Made by a program: the position numbers and the translations under genes | Part shown: in pieces, positions 62,021-64,000 of the stretch | Layout of the letters: each line of letters opens with the position of its first letter | How positions within the stretch are numbered: the stretch's first letter is position 1 | The notes under the pieces: generated by a model | Database searches by the model: none | What the model was told of the DNA's origin: nothing | What the model saw: only the letters and a program-made list of their open reading frames with translations | Source: Lama glama | Lineage: Eukaryota | Assembly (NCBI GenBank): GCA_028534125.1 | Contig: CM052816.1 | Coordinates: 42,162,001 to 42,226,000, forward strand | DNA length: 64,000 nucleotides | Reading direction: 5' to 3'

Positions 62021-63149
62021 CAAATAATTGAAGAATTACTACTGTTTGCATGTTGACAGGTGTAAAATGAATATCCATAAAAAATAGTAATGTTAGTTTG
62101 AGAAGCCAAGATTGACATACTGTATATCTCTCCGTTGGCTTTTATATTGCTATTTTGACTCTGCCAAGTTATACTAGTCATCTCATCCTACTCTGGAGGC
62201 TTGATAAGGAGAGGGAGAAAATTAAGTCCTATCATTTCACCAACTCTGTCCCCTAAATACTCAAAGGATTTCAAAGAGTTAAAAGCACAAAGATCTGCAA
62301 GGAACAACTGGGAGAAGAAAACACTGCATGTAAAGATGGTGATTTAGGAAATATAAGTCTAGTAAAACAAAGACCACTGACAGAAGAATACAATGCATGC
62401 TTCTCTTTAGAGCTTTAAGAAATTTATTTTAAATATTAGCATTGGAAAAGAATGTCAAGTTAAGGGAGGACAAAAGGAGCTTTTGCTATGTACTCTTCTC
62501 AGTTGTGCTCTTAATAAATGAACTCCCCTCCTCGAAAACATTTGTTAGATAGAAGCAATTAAGGCTGAGGCTCTATCCTCTCTCCACTAATTAATTATGG
62601 CAAATGAGCCTGTAATGTGCATCATAACAACTTAATAAGCTGGGCCAAACTATTTTAGATTCTGCTATGCTAGTATTCCATCATTGCTGAGCTATTTAAA
62701 ATAGTTAAGTAATGCCTGAACACAAATAGCTTTTGGAATACCTGTGTCCTTCAAAGGAAATTCTTGAGTCTTGCGCAGATGTGCTTTTTACCTGGAAGGG
62801 GGTGAGAGCAAAGAATGCCACAGTAGAAGTGAGCAAAGGGAAGGACGATGAAACAGGGCAAACATGAGAGCTTACACAAACCATCATCTTCCATAACATA
62901 ATATCCATGCCCTCTGCAGTGGGTCACACTGGCCACTAAGAAGCCATTCCAACAGGTCCTTCACATTTTCCCATACTTGTTGGACTTGAACAGTGGAGAC
63001 TTCAATAGCTGCACTAGCCTCTCTTTTTCGACATCATTGGTTATGTTACCAATTCTTGCCTGATGTCTAACTGAACCTGGATTAAAGTGTGACTAATACA
63101 AGCTCTTTAGTAATGTCTCTGCTTTTAATGAAACTTCAAAGACAGTTAG

Positions 63150-63164
63150 TGACTCACTGAGTCA
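63150..63164. promoter_or_regulatory. Two adjacent AP-1 motifs
   Basis: TGACTCA-C-TGAGTCA. Confidence 0.45.
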
Positions 63165-64000
63165 ATGAATGGACTTTGTACATCAGAGAACGAGTTAAAA
63201 TATGGCTTACTGTCAATGAACGAGCCAAGGGACCCAGATCATCTGTTAATTATCTCAGACCTGCTTATCTGAAACTTTAAAGCCCTAATTTCTTTCAAAT
63301 CAAAGGTCAGTGTGTTTTCCAGGTAGTAACATCTGCTACCACATCCAAGTGTGAACCGAATAACTTCAGCAAAAGTTAAGCAGATTCTCATCTCTCCATC
63401 CTTGAAGGACAGAGAGTTTGCTGCCCTTGCAGGTATAATTCAGGCATTTCCAGAAAGGAAGGAGAAGAGGGGGTGTCAGAGAGTTGATATGGAGCTCAGG
63501 GAGTGTGTGGTCTTTCAGGGGGTCCTTTCTCTGGATCCTTTCTTCCTGTTTATTATTTGTATCAAGTTTCTCTAGAATATAAAACCAGGGATTTTCACTA
63601 TAGAATGGAATGGAAAATACAGTGGAATTCTCTCAAAATATTTTTTAAACATGAGCTGTTTAGAGGCAGAGGGGATATGCCAATTTGACAGCCCAGAAAT
63701 TTTAGAGGCAAAGGCCAGTGATGAAGAAATTGTCATCGTCTCCCTTTCTCTCTGTTGTCACACCCATCATCTCAAGGTGGTAATGGGTAAAAATGGAGAC
63801 ACACAAAAAAATCTGTGTTTGGCCTAAGGGTAAATTTAATAAAGGCAGAAACTGTATTTGAACATATTTCTTGAGGTCTGTTCCAAAATACATTTTACCC
63901 TCAAATTTGTGATAAGAAGTAAATGAGATGAGAAGTAAATGTATACAGACTTTTCAGAAGTGATACTTTTGGTAAATTTTTTGGACAGAATCAAGAGTGG

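Overview
Mammalian, repeat-rich and apparently non-coding genomic DNA, most likely from a camelid. The only young SINEs are six tRNA-Ala-derived Vic-1-like copies, accompanied by cetartiodactyl-type L1 3' ends; I saw no Alu, B1, Bov-tA/BovB or PRE-1. I recognise no intact protein-coding gene: the ORF track is chance ORFs plus decayed L1 ORF2 pieces, and the ERVL pol-like remnants were read by hand. The window is dominated by L1, L2, MIR, MaLR/ERVL LTRs and hAT/Tigger fossils, several nested with readable target-site duplications (TSDs). The most unusual unique sequence is a small orphan CpG island at ~11.14-11.50 kb. It combines a YY1 motif, a degenerate ~50-bp tandem array of NRF1 palindromes interleaved with minus-strand splice donors, a duplicated AGCACTTTATT 11-mer and a potential multi-stem fold. 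A chain of well-formed minus-strand exon candidates suggests a long spliced (probably non-coding) transcript. Other oddities are a 706-bp collapsed ERVL provirus, a ~200-bp local sequence copied into an L1, and a triple L1 nest. Repeat family names come from memory of consensus sequences and were not confirmed by any search; most repeat boundaries are approximate.
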